Shown piece after piece: positions 47,109-55,480 of a stretch of 64,000 nucleotides of DNA; position 1 is the stretch's first letter, and each line of letters starts with the position of its first letter. The translations under genes were made by a program, and so were the position numbers. Origin of the DNA: an uncultured bacterium (GTDB lineage: Bacteria > Myxococcota_A > Polyangia > Polyangiales > Houyiibacteriaceae). The notes beneath the pieces are model-generated. The model saw nothing but the letters and a program-made list of their open reading frames with translations, made no database searches and was not told the DNA's origin. The stretch spans positions 18,046 through 82,045 of the forward strand of contig CALJDU010000034.1 of NCBI GenBank assembly GCA_938024995.1, in the 5' to 3' direction.

Positions 47109-47977
47109 CGTGGGCCGTGCGTTTCTGTGTGAGCATCGCCCTCGCGTGCGTGTCGCTTCACGCGACCGGGACGTCGGCACAGTCTCCAGGCTCGTCACGC
47201 GCCGAAGCCCGTCGCGCGATCGAAGAAGGTGTCCGCGCCTACGCGGAGCTCGACTTCCCGCTCTGCGTTCAGACGATGCGCGGGGTGCTCGCGCTCTCGG
47301 GTCTGAGTGATCCGGATCGCCTCGAAGCGCTGGAGTACCTCGGCTCTGCGTTGGTCGTCTTGGAACGTGAGGAAGCGGCGCGAGACGCCTTCACGCGAAT
47401 GCTCGCGCTTGACCCGTACCACGTGGTCCGTGAGCCGACGGGGTCGCCGAAGATTTCGCGCTTCGTCGCCGAGCTTCGCGCGGAGCAGGTCCCCGACGCC
47501 GCGCTCGACCCCCGAGTTGCCCTCGAGCTTCAGCTCCCCGCGCGGGCGCAGGTCGGAGAGGACGTGGTCGCGCGGGTGGACGCCTCGCGCGTATCCGACG
47601 ACGCCGCGGAGATCACCACGGTCACGCTCTTTGTGCGCGAGCCGGAGGCGTCGGGCTTCGCTGCATCGGAAACGGAACGACAAGGGGGCGGTCGTTTCGA
47701 GGTCACGCTCTCTCCTCGCGACGTCGGCGAGCTCGCGATCTACGCGGAGGGCCGCGACGACGAGGGCAGGGTGGTCGCGCGCGCCGCGGAGCCGCTCGCG
47801 CCACGGGTGCTCTCGGTGGAAGCCGAGGCCGTGACGCCTCGGAAGAGCAAGTGGTGGGTCGGCGTCATCGTCGGTGTCGTGGTGGTCGGCGCGGCCGCCG
47901 CGGTCGCGGTCACCCTTTCGCGCCGTGAGCGGATCGCGCCCGGAACGCTCCCGCCGGGCCGCGTTCAACTGCCGTAA
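47102..47977 (+). CDS. Secreted protein with TPR-like N-terminal region and C-terminal TM anchor
   Basis: The ATG at 47102 overlaps the upstream stop (ATGGTGA). The signal peptide is VSIALACVSLHATGTSAQ. The C-terminal anchor is WWVGVIVGVVVVGAAAAVAVTL followed by RRER. Confidence 0.6.
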   Translation: MVTWAVRFCVSIALACVSLHATGTSAQSPGSSRAEARRAIEEGVRAYAELDFPLCVQTMRGVLALSGLSDPDRLEALEYLGSALVVLEREEAARDAFTRMLALDPYHVVREPTGSPKISRFVAELRAEQVPDAALDPRVALELQLPARAQVGEDVVARVDASRVSDDAAEITTVTLFVREPEASGFAASETERQGGGRFEVTLSPRDVGELAIYAEGRDDEGRVVARAAEPLAPRVLSVEAEAVTPRKSKWWVGVIVGVVVVGAAAAVAVTLSRRERIAPGTLPPGRVQLP

Positions 47978-48056
47978 CAGTGTGCGGACTCATTGTACTC
48001 GCTCTTACGCGCCGCGATGGGCCCCCTCGAGTGAGACGCGAGCAGGACGCATCTAG

Positions 48057-50258
48057 CTAGAGCGTGCGGAGATAGGCGACGAGGTCTTGTCGTTCACTCG
48101 CGCTCAGTCCGCTCGTCGCGCCGTGCCGGTCTTCGGTGTCGCGATCGACGACATCACGAAGACTCGCGGCGGAGCCGTCGTGGAAGAACCGGGACGCGCG
48201 GTGCAGCCCCACGAGCGTTGGCGTGTCGAGCCCACTGAGCGTTTCACCGAGGCGCTGCCCGCTCCCGGACGAAAGCGTCCCGACGTCATAGAGCGAAGCG
48301 CCGCTGTCTGTGAAGCGGGGACCCGAGTGGCAGGTCGCGCAGCCGGCATCGCGAAAGACGACGGCGCCGCGGGCGCTCGCGTCGTCTGGGGCGTGAGGGT
48401 TGTCGGGGAGCGCGGTCAGGGACTCCACGTATTGCGCGAGCGCGTCGAGGTCGGGGCTGCGCCCCGCTTTGGTCTCGCCCAAGGTCTCTTCGGTCGCGCG
48501 GAAGTCCTCCGGGGACATCAAGCCGAGGCCGCCGCCGTGCGCGCGAATGTCATTTTCGAAATCCTGCACCTCGTCGAAGTTCGCGGTCCAGTGCAGCGGT
48601 CCGTCCCCTCCGCCAAAAAGAGAGGGGGTGCGCCGGAGCCCTTCGCCGCGAGACGTGAAGTCCCAGACGCGGTGGTCGCTGTCGCCGTCGAGATGACAAT
48701 GGGCGCACGCGAGGTAGCCGTCGCGGGACAGGCGCGGGTCGAGGCTGTCGTTGAAGAGCTGCTTGCCGCGGAGCATCGTCTCCGAGAGCGGCTCGCGGGA
48801 GACCGTGCTCGCCATCGCGACCAGCGGAGGCAACGAAGCGAAGCTCGAGACGTCATAGACCCGCAGCTCGCGAGAGAGCGAGGCCCGGACGAAAAGGAAG
48901 CGGTCGTCTGCGCTGAGGCCAAGGCCATCCGGCGCGAAGCCCGCGCTCAAGATCGAGCCGGAGGAACCGTTTCCGCGGAGCGTGTCGACCCGGTCGATCG
49001 CGCGGGAGCCCCGCATCGCGACGTACAGAAAGTCTCCGTGACGAGAGTAGATCGCGGCCGACGCGAAGCCCCGGTCGTCAAACTGTTTTCGCGCGGGGAA
49101 GTCCTCGACGAATTGTTCGCCGTCGAGCCGCGCGAACGACACGACCGCGCGGAGGGTGGTGTCGAGCCGCAGGTCCACCCCCGCGCGAAACCGGCCCTCG
49201 CCGATGTTCGCTTGCAACGAGGGAACCGCCAGCGCGCGGCCGTCAGGCGAAAACAGGAGCTGGGCGAGGTAGCTCGGGACCCCGCCGCTCTCCGTGTCGC
49301 TGCTCGCTTGGGGATCGAAGGCGAGCGCGAGGTCGGTTCGCTCACCCGACGCGGGGTCGAGGAACGTGATCGCGGCGCGGTCGTCGCCCGAACGGAACCG
49401 CGCGACCGCAAGGCGCGCATCGGGGGCGAGCGCAATGGCGCGGGGATCGTCGACAGGGATCTCGCCGGCGACCGCGTCGCCTTCGATCACGGCGAGCGCG
49501 TGTCGTCCGGGCATCGTGACGAAGAGGTCGCCGGCGCGCTCAACCGCGCCGTACGCGTCTGCGCCGAGCGGCAAGGGGATCACGGTTTCGTCAGCGAGGG
49601 TCTCTCCAAAGCGCGAGACGTGCCGCGCGCAGACCACTGCGTACCCCGTCGTCGTTTTCGTGAGGGAGCGCGGCGGACTGGTGACGGTGATCCGTTCCAC
49701 GACCTCAAGCGAGCGCCGCACCGGATCGAAGCGTAGACGCGATACTTCGCTGGCGTCCTCATCGATGGTGACGATCTCTTCCGCGTCTCCTATCCGCGTG
49801 ACGAGCAGGGTGCCGCTCTGACGCGGGGTGTGGGTGAGCGGATGCGTCACCACCACGGTCGTCGCGTCGGTCTGTCTCGCACCGCCTGCGTCCTTTACGG
49901 TCAAGACCACCACGTATCGCCCCTCGGCGTCGTACGTGATCCCCTCCGCGACCGGGTTCTCGCTCTCTGCGATCTCTTCGCCGTTGCCGAGGTTCCAAGC
50001 GAAACGAGCGGCGCCGGTGCTCCGGCTTCCGTCGAGCGTGATCGGTTCGCCGATCAGCGCGTAGACCACGTCGCCCGCGTCGGCGGAGAGCGTGATGTTG
50101 GAGTCAACGCGCGCGTCGGCGCCGGGATCCCCGTCGCCGTCGACGTTGCTGTCGATGTGGGCATCAACGTTGGCATCGACGCTGGCATCGTCGTCTCCGC
50201 ACGCCGCCGCGCTGACCATCGCGACGAGGAGCGCGTACCGCACCGCGGAACGTGTCAC
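48057..50258 (-). CDS. Lipoprotein: PKD domain + beta-propeller + di-haem cytochrome c peroxidase-like domain
   Basis: The N-terminus is MTRSAVRYALLVAMVSAAACG (lipobox). The PKD-like string is ITLDGSRSTGAARFAWNLGNGE..YDAEGRYVVVLTVKDAGG. Two haem-c motifs are present, CAHCH and CATCH, with CCP-like context (LRRTPSLFG, GLDTPTLVGL, FFHDGSA). Confidence 0.8.
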   Translation of the reverse strand: MTRSAVRYALLVAMVSAAACGDDDASVDANVDAHIDSNVDGDGDPGADARVDSNITLSADAGDVVYALIGEPITLDGSRSTGAARFAWNLGNGEEIAESENPVAEGITYDAEGRYVVVLTVKDAGGARQTDATTVVVTHPLTHTPRQSGTLLVTRIGDAEEIVTIDEDASEVSRLRFDPVRRSLEVVERITVTSPPRSLTKTTTGYAVVCARHVSRFGETLADETVIPLPLGADAYGAVERAGDLFVTMPGRHALAVIEGDAVAGEIPVDDPRAIALAPDARLAVARFRSGDDRAAITFLDPASGERTDLALAFDPQASSDTESGGVPSYLAQLLFSPDGRALAVPSLQANIGEGRFRAGVDLRLDTTLRAVVSFARLDGEQFVEDFPARKQFDDRGFASAAIYSRHGDFLYVAMRGSRAIDRVDTLRGNGSSGSILSAGFAPDGLGLSADDRFLFVRASLSRELRVYDVSSFASLPPLVAMASTVSREPLSETMLRGKQLFNDSLDPRLSRDGYLACAHCHLDGDSDHRVWDFTSRGEGLRRTPSLFGGGDGPLHWTANFDEVQDFENDIRAHGGGLGLMSPEDFRATEETLGETKAGRSPDLDALAQYVESLTALPDNPHAPDDASARGAVVFRDAGCATCHSGPRFTDSGASLYDVGTLSSGSGQRLGETLSGLDTPTLVGLHRASRFFHDGSAASLRDVVDRDTEDRHGATSGLSASERQDLVAYLRTL

Positions 50259-51904
50259 TGCGCGATGAACTCCATGCGGAACGGCTCCGCGAGGGGGTTC
50301 CCGCTGAAGTCGCGTACGCCGCCAGTCGGGACCTCGAGCACATAGCGGGTCCCCGCGGTAAGCGGGCAGAAGGGGTGGAAGTTCACGAGGACCTCTTGGG
50401 CGCTCACGACGCCTCCAACTCGGCTCGCGTCGGGATCTTCGCCCGCGCGGTAGACCCGCACCGATCCAGCGTGAGCGCTCTTGGGATCGATGAGCTCGGA
50501 GAAAGCCAACCCCACGCGGGAGGTCGTCGTGACCTCACCGTCCGGGCGGGGCCAGGTGAAGTCGACGACCGGCGCGACGCGGTCGGGCTCTTGTTGGTGG
50601 GGCGCGATCGCGCTGCCTTCGTTGTCGATCGCGTCGTCGTCCACGCTGAGCACCGCGACGTTCCCGATCGGCGTAACCGTGTCGAGGTCACCCTCCAGAT
50701 CAAGCTCCGCGATCGGTTCGGGAGCCGTCAGGTCCGAGATGTCGTAGATGCGCGCGACGCTCGACTCTCCGACGAACGCGAGGTCCTCGTGGACGAAGAC
50801 GTAACCGCCGTTCCCGCCGCTCCGAAAGCGACCGGCGTAGGCGGGGTTTTCCGGATCGCGGACGTCCCAGATGAGCAAGCCGCCGCCGTCGCTCTTCACC
50901 GCGTAGAAGATATAGCCGCGCGCGAAGTTGCTGAAGTAGGCCTCGAGCGGTTCGCCTTCGGCGTTGGTCGCGAGGAAGTCGCCGCCTGGGATCGGCATCG
51001 GGCGGTCGGGGGTGCTCACGTCGAGAAGCACGGTGCGCGGGCCCTCTGCTTGCGTGGCGATCAAGAGGTCGCCGATGACCTGAACCTGTCCGACTCGCAT
51101 GGTCGGCTCGATGGGATAGCTTCCGACGATGCGCGCGTTGAAGGGGTCGGCCGCGTAGACGATGTCGATGCCGTTGTCGGCCGAGCCCGCGTAGACGTAT
51201 GGGACCTGCCAGAACACGCTCAGCGTTACGCGCGCGTAGGCGTCGGGGTAGAAGAAGCCTGGGAACTCGATGTCACGGACGGCGACGGGGGCAGATGTGT
51301 CGCTGACGTCCCAGAACTGAATGCCGCCCGCGCCGGTCGCGATGAGCGCGCTCATGCTGTCGACCACGGCCCAGTCTCCGCGGAGCGAAGAGAACCCAAC
51401 GCTGTGGGTCTCGCGCATCGTGGTCGAGGTACCCACGCCACGGACCGAAGGCGCGCATGGCGTCGAGATGTCGAAGAACGTGAGCCCGCCCCCGCTCCAC
51501 TCGGGCGCCCAGGGCAGCAGCAGGTAACCGTCGTACATCGTGACCAAGTTGTGATGGTCTGAGATGTCGCGTTCGCCGCCGTCGAGGGTCGCGCAGTTCA
51601 CCAGCAACTCGTCTTCCGTGAAGCGCGTCGTCGGACCGCCGGGTCCGTGGTTCTCAAAAGCGTCCGGGGCGGGGAACGGTCCCGGGGGAGGCATCTCTGC
51701 GCAGAGATCGATCGGGGGGGGGACGTCGACGTCGGGCGCGTCTGCCGCGTCATCGTTGTTCGCGTCTTCGGCGTCCGTCGCATCCAACGCATCCGACGCG
51801 TCCGCGGTGTCTGGCGCGCCAGTGTCGGCGGGCGCGTCATCGTCGCCGCAGCCGAGCGCGAACGAAAGGGAGAGGATCAGGGCAAAGGTGACGAGGCGGA
51901 TCAC
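50255..51904 (-). CDS. Lipoprotein with LVIVD-type beta-propeller repeats and C-terminal SbsA-type Ig-like domain
   Basis: The N-terminus is MIRLVTFALILSLSFALGCG (lipobox). LVIVD-like blades are GGLTFFDISTPCAPS, GGIQFWDVSDTSAPVAV, TVLLDVSTPDRPMP, GGLLIWDVRDPENPAYAG and ARIYDISDLTAPEPIA. The C-terminal string is VGLAFSELIDPKS..VRVY...YVLEVPTGGVRDFSGNPL. Its stop overlaps the downstream start by 4 nt. Confidence 0.7.
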   Translation of the reverse strand: MIRLVTFALILSLSFALGCGDDDAPADTGAPDTADASDALDATDAEDANNDDAADAPDVDVPPPIDLCAEMPPPGPFPAPDAFENHGPGGPTTRFTEDELLVNCATLDGGERDISDHHNLVTMYDGYLLLPWAPEWSGGGLTFFDISTPCAPSVRGVGTSTTMRETHSVGFSSLRGDWAVVDSMSALIATGAGGIQFWDVSDTSAPVAVRDIEFPGFFYPDAYARVTLSVFWQVPYVYAGSADNGIDIVYAADPFNARIVGSYPIEPTMRVGQVQVIGDLLIATQAEGPRTVLLDVSTPDRPMPIPGGDFLATNAEGEPLEAYFSNFARGYIFYAVKSDGGGLLIWDVRDPENPAYAGRFRSGGNGGYVFVHEDLAFVGESSVARIYDISDLTAPEPIAELDLEGDLDTVTPIGNVAVLSVDDDAIDNEGSAIAPHQQEPDRVAPVVDFTWPRPDGEVTTTSRVGLAFSELIDPKSAHAGSVRVYRAGEDPDASRVGGVVSAQEVLVNFHPFCPLTAGTRYVLEVPTGGVRDFSGNPLAEPFRMEFIAQ

Positions 51905-51913
51905 CGAGCGACG

Positions 51914-52477
51914 TTACGTGACGGGTTCAGGATCGGAAAGCGGGATGTCGACCGTGACGGGCTCGCGCCCGGAGACGACCGCGCGAACGTAGATCACGAG
52001 GAGCGAGAGGATGCCCCAGCCGAGCCCTATCACGACGCCGCCATCGATGATCCCGCGCCACGGCTGCGGCAGCGAGCGGACCGCGATGACGACCAAGACG
52101 ATCACGATCACGAATGTCCAGGACACGATTTTCTGTCGGCGCGTGCTGTGAAAGAGCGACATGCAAAAGGGCAAGGCGAGGATCAGCCACAGCGCGCGTG
52201 GGTGTCGCCCGAGGTAAAGCGCGCGGCTCACGACCCGCGGGCAGAAACGGAGCTGAAACGCGCGATAGCCTTCGGCGTACGCATTGAACACAACCCACGC
52301 CACGTACAGGCCGAGCTGCCATAGCGGGAGCTCGGCCGTCAGCGGCTCGAGCGCGAGGGGGGTCAGCCGAACGACCGCTTGCGCGAGCAGCCCACAGACG
52401 CAGAGCACCCCGAAAGCAGAGAGCGCGAGCGCCATGCCTCGGACGGGTTCTGAATCGCGGTACTCGTGGCGCTTCAT
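51914..52477 (-). CDS. Hypothetical multi-pass membrane protein
   Basis: I chose the start at the ATG at 52477 (MKRHEY). About 5 hydrophobic segments are present. The stop is 9 nt upstream of the LVIVD gene start. No family is recognised. Confidence 0.55.
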   Translation of the reverse strand: MKRHEYRDSEPVRGMALALSAFGVLCVCGLLAQAVVRLTPLALEPLTAELPLWQLGLYVAWVVFNAYAEGYRAFQLRFCPRVVSRALYLGRHPRALWLILALPFCMSLFHSTRRQKIVSWTFVIVIVLVVIAVRSLPQPWRGIIDGGVVIGLGWGILSLLVIYVRAVVSGREPVTVDIPLSDPEPVT

Positions 52478-52528
52478 CGCGACGTGGCGTCTACCGCGCC
52501 GCAAGGCTTTGGGGAAGCGCAACGTGTT

Positions 52529-54085
52529 ATGAGTAAGTTGTTGCTAGGGCGTGTCTACTTCCGATCTCTGCCGGTCGCTGTTCTCTCGGTCTTCGGGATG
52601 TGGCTGTCGATGGCGCTCTGCGTGTTCGGTCTTCCGGTCGTCGCGATCTCGCTCAACGCGATGGTGAAGCGTCAGCTCCGCGTGGTGTGGGGGATGGAAC
52701 TCCGTAACTCGGTCCGCGCAGGCGTTTTCTACCTCTGCGGGTTCGGTCTAATCGGGACCGCGATGATCGCCGGTGCCGCGGTCGTTCATGATCTCGTTCG
52801 GGGCGCGCCGCTCCCGGTCGCCATCGGGCTCTATGGCTCCGTACTCTTAATCGTCACGATCGGGCTCTCGTTGATCTATGTACCGCTCATCCTCACCGAT
52901 CCCCGCGGCGAGGAGAGCTACCTCGGCGCCATCCATCAATCGACCATCTTGGTGTCGCGGCTTCCGGCGTCACGGCAACTCGCGTTGGTCCTTGGGGTGA
53001 CGCTTCCGTTCGCGCTGCCTGGGATGCTCCTCATCCCCGCGTTCTCGGTCAACGCGCGCTTCCTCATCGGGTTCGCGTCGACGTTCTTCGCGCTGCCGTT
53101 CGCGTCGGCCTGCGTCGTGACGAGTTATGTCGACGTCGCCGACGAGCTCCCCGACCAGCGCAGTCATGCGTTAGGGCTCACGAGGTACCTCAGCCTGGCG
53201 GCGGGCGGGGTGTTCGTCTTGGCGGTCGTCGCGGCCGCCTTGTTGACGCCGCTCGTCCCCGAGCACGCGGCGTACACCGAGGACCAGACGGGCGTCGAGA
53301 TGCACCCCCGCGTGACGATCGGCGACGTCACGACAACGGTGGTCCCCGACGGAGTCGTGGTCTCCACGAGCGACGGCGGTGGCGCGGGCCTGATCACGTT
53401 CGGCTCGGAAGAGATCCGCGGGGTCCGCGTTGAACGCGGCAACGCGGTCGCGTGCTCCGCCGACAGGCTCTTCCTCCTGCGCCTGTCACCGCGCGGTGTT
53501 CGTCTCGACGACTCGCTCTCGGACCGCATCGACGCGCGGATCGGGAAAGTGGGAGGCGGGCTGCTCGCGCTCTGTCTCCTCCTCATCACGCTCTACCTCT
53601 CCGTCGGGGTTCGTTGGCTCGCGCGCACCGCGTCGCTCCGCGTCCTGACCGAAAAGGAGCAAGGCACCCGCCAGGACGTGCGCGCGCTGACCGGCACGGT
53701 TCGCGATGACGAAGCGCTCGCGTCCGCCAGTGACAACGGTCGTGCGGTGCGCGCTCCTGGGGTCCTCCTTCGGTCGCGCGATGGGCTCGCGACCCAGTTC
53801 CCTGATGCCCACGTACGCCGGATCGGGAGCCGCGCGTTTTCCCGAGAGAACGCGGCGGGGCGCATCGTCACGCTCGTCGGCGTCTTCTCACGTCTTGTCC
53901 CGGACGCCCGTGGACAGACGATCCCGTGGCCGTCCCGCGCTCGCGTCATCGTCGGCACGCTGGAGGAAGCGGTCGCCGAAATCACGCTGGTGGCGCGACG
54001 GCGCGCGGACATTCTCCTGGTGATCACCTGTCTCGTCCTCGTCACGACGGGGCTCTTTCTCGGGCTTCAGCTCTCTTCGCGCTGA
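52529..54085 (+). CDS. Hypothetical polytopic membrane protein
   Basis: I chose the start at the ATG at 52529 (MSKLLLG). There are about 6 N-terminal TM segments, a soluble middle region, and two further TM segments. No family is recognised. Confidence 0.55.
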   Translation: MSKLLLGRVYFRSLPVAVLSVFGMWLSMALCVFGLPVVAISLNAMVKRQLRVVWGMELRNSVRAGVFYLCGFGLIGTAMIAGAAVVHDLVRGAPLPVAIGLYGSVLLIVTIGLSLIYVPLILTDPRGEESYLGAIHQSTILVSRLPASRQLALVLGVTLPFALPGMLLIPAFSVNARFLIGFASTFFALPFASACVVTSYVDVADELPDQRSHALGLTRYLSLAAGGVFVLAVVAAALLTPLVPEHAAYTEDQTGVEMHPRVTIGDVTTTVVPDGVVVSTSDGGGAGLITFGSEEIRGVRVERGNAVACSADRLFLLRLSPRGVRLDDSLSDRIDARIGKVGGGLLALCLLLITLYLSVGVRWLARTASLRVLTEKEQGTRQDVRALTGTVRDDEALASASDNGRAVRAPGVLLRSRDGLATQFPDAHVRRIGSRAFSRENAAGRIVTLVGVFSRLVPDARGQTIPWPSRARVIVGTLEEAVAEITLVARRRADILLVITCLVLVTTGLFLGLQLSSR

Positions 54086-54129
54086 ATGCGCGTCGACCTG
54101 ACTCGCGGGATGGTCTGCAAGTAAACTGA

Positions 54130-55413
54130 ATGAAGCGGGGGCTCCGGGTGTTGGGGCGTCGGCAGAGGGTCATGAAGCAGAGGTCTCAGGGAGCATGGGT
54201 CGCGCTTGGTCTCTCGCTCGGCGTGCATGCCGCGCTGGTCGGGGCCGCCGTTCCGCGTGCGCTGGATCCCATCGATCTGCCCGAGCCTGAGTTCGTGGAG
54301 CTCACGATGATCGACGGGTCCCAAGAGGTCTCGCCGGATCCCGCGCCAGCTCCGGTCCAGAGCGCTCCACCTTCGTCGACGGACGCGGTGAACGTCGCGG
54401 AGCCGAGCCCGACGGTCGCCTCGGCGGGACGGACCGTGCCGCGTCGCGTCCGAACGGTGACACAAGATCAGACGACGAGCGCGCCGACGATCGCTTCGGT
54501 CGCGACCGTGGTGACCGCGACCGGAACGTCCGTGCTTGGACCGGAGCCTTCCGAAGGCGCGGGGGCGGTGCTCTTCCCCGACGGCGCGGCGCCGGGAGAG
54601 GGCGGCGACCCCACAGGCCTCACAGCGGAAGAGGTCGCGCGCGATGCGGTCCTCGGCGAGGCGACGGACACGCTCGAGCCGGCGGTCGATCGGTACGCGC
54701 GGATCAATGACGAGCTCGAGACGTCTCTGCGGGAGGCGGGTCAGGCGCGACCGCACGTGACGACGCGACCGGCACCTGAGCTGACGCATCGCAGTGACGG
54801 CAGCTACCACTGGCAAGGACCGGCGTTCGCGGCGACGATCACGCGAAACGGCGAGGTCAGCTTTTCGGATCGGACGATTGAGTTCATCCGTCCCGGACCC
54901 CTCGGCGATCCGTACCTCGACGCGGAGCTCGCAGAAGACCGTGAGCACCTCGCCGACATCAATGACAATCCCTACGTCTCACCTCACGTCGCCGACGCGC
55001 TCAATCGTCCAGCGCAGACCGCGAACGTGACCTTTCGCGTCGATATCGGCGACGCCATCGCGCGGGCCCGCGGCGAGGACCCCTATTACGCCGAGCGCCG
55101 CTGGTTCATGCGCGAGACCGGGACGCTTCGAAGACGCCTGCAGCGACGAGCCCACGAGCGGCGTTACCAGCGCGCGGACCGACGCTTACGAGGGCGACTG
55201 ATTCGGCTCTGGGAGGACGACTCGAGGACGGCGGTCGCGCGGCGAGCGGCGGTGGTCGCCATGTGGAACCGCTTTGACGGCAGCGGGGCGGGAACCCGCG
55301 CTCGTGGCGTCATTGAACAGTTTGTGCGGGACTATCTCCCCGCGGGCTCCGAGCATGCGTTCCCGAGCGGCGAGCTTCAGCGCGCAGGCGCGTTTCGACC
55401 CTACAACGACTGA
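54130..55413 (+). CDS. Hypothetical membrane-anchored protein (TonB-like N-terminal anchor plus Pro-rich spacer)
   Basis: The anchor is AWVALGLSLGVHAALVGAAV, followed by the Pro/Ala-rich PDPAPAPVQSAPP and a C-terminal Arg-rich helical region. No family is recognised. Confidence 0.55.
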   Translation: MKRGLRVLGRRQRVMKQRSQGAWVALGLSLGVHAALVGAAVPRALDPIDLPEPEFVELTMIDGSQEVSPDPAPAPVQSAPPSSTDAVNVAEPSPTVASAGRTVPRRVRTVTQDQTTSAPTIASVATVVTATGTSVLGPEPSEGAGAVLFPDGAAPGEGGDPTGLTAEEVARDAVLGEATDTLEPAVDRYARINDELETSLREAGQARPHVTTRPAPELTHRSDGSYHWQGPAFAATITRNGEVSFSDRTIEFIRPGPLGDPYLDAELAEDREHLADINDNPYVSPHVADALNRPAQTANVTFRVDIGDAIARARGEDPYYAERRWFMRETGTLRRRLQRRAHERRYQRADRRLRGRLIRLWEDDSRTAVARRAAVVAMWNRFDGSGAGTRARGVIEQFVRDYLPAGSEHAFPSGELQRAGAFRPYND

Positions 55414-55480
55414 GCGCCCGTTTAGTCGAGCTCCAAACGCTCTGTTGCCGTATCAGTGAGGGTCGACTATCACCGAATCA

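Noticed and set aside
48087-51562. Long + strand ORFs 48087..49736 and 50252..51562
   Set aside because: They are Arg/Val/Glu-rich antisense shadows of the peroxidase and LVIVD lipoprotein genes.
55414-55480. Cobalamin riboswitch upstream of mutA
   Set aside because: The gap is only 67 nt and no B12-box-like sequence is evident.
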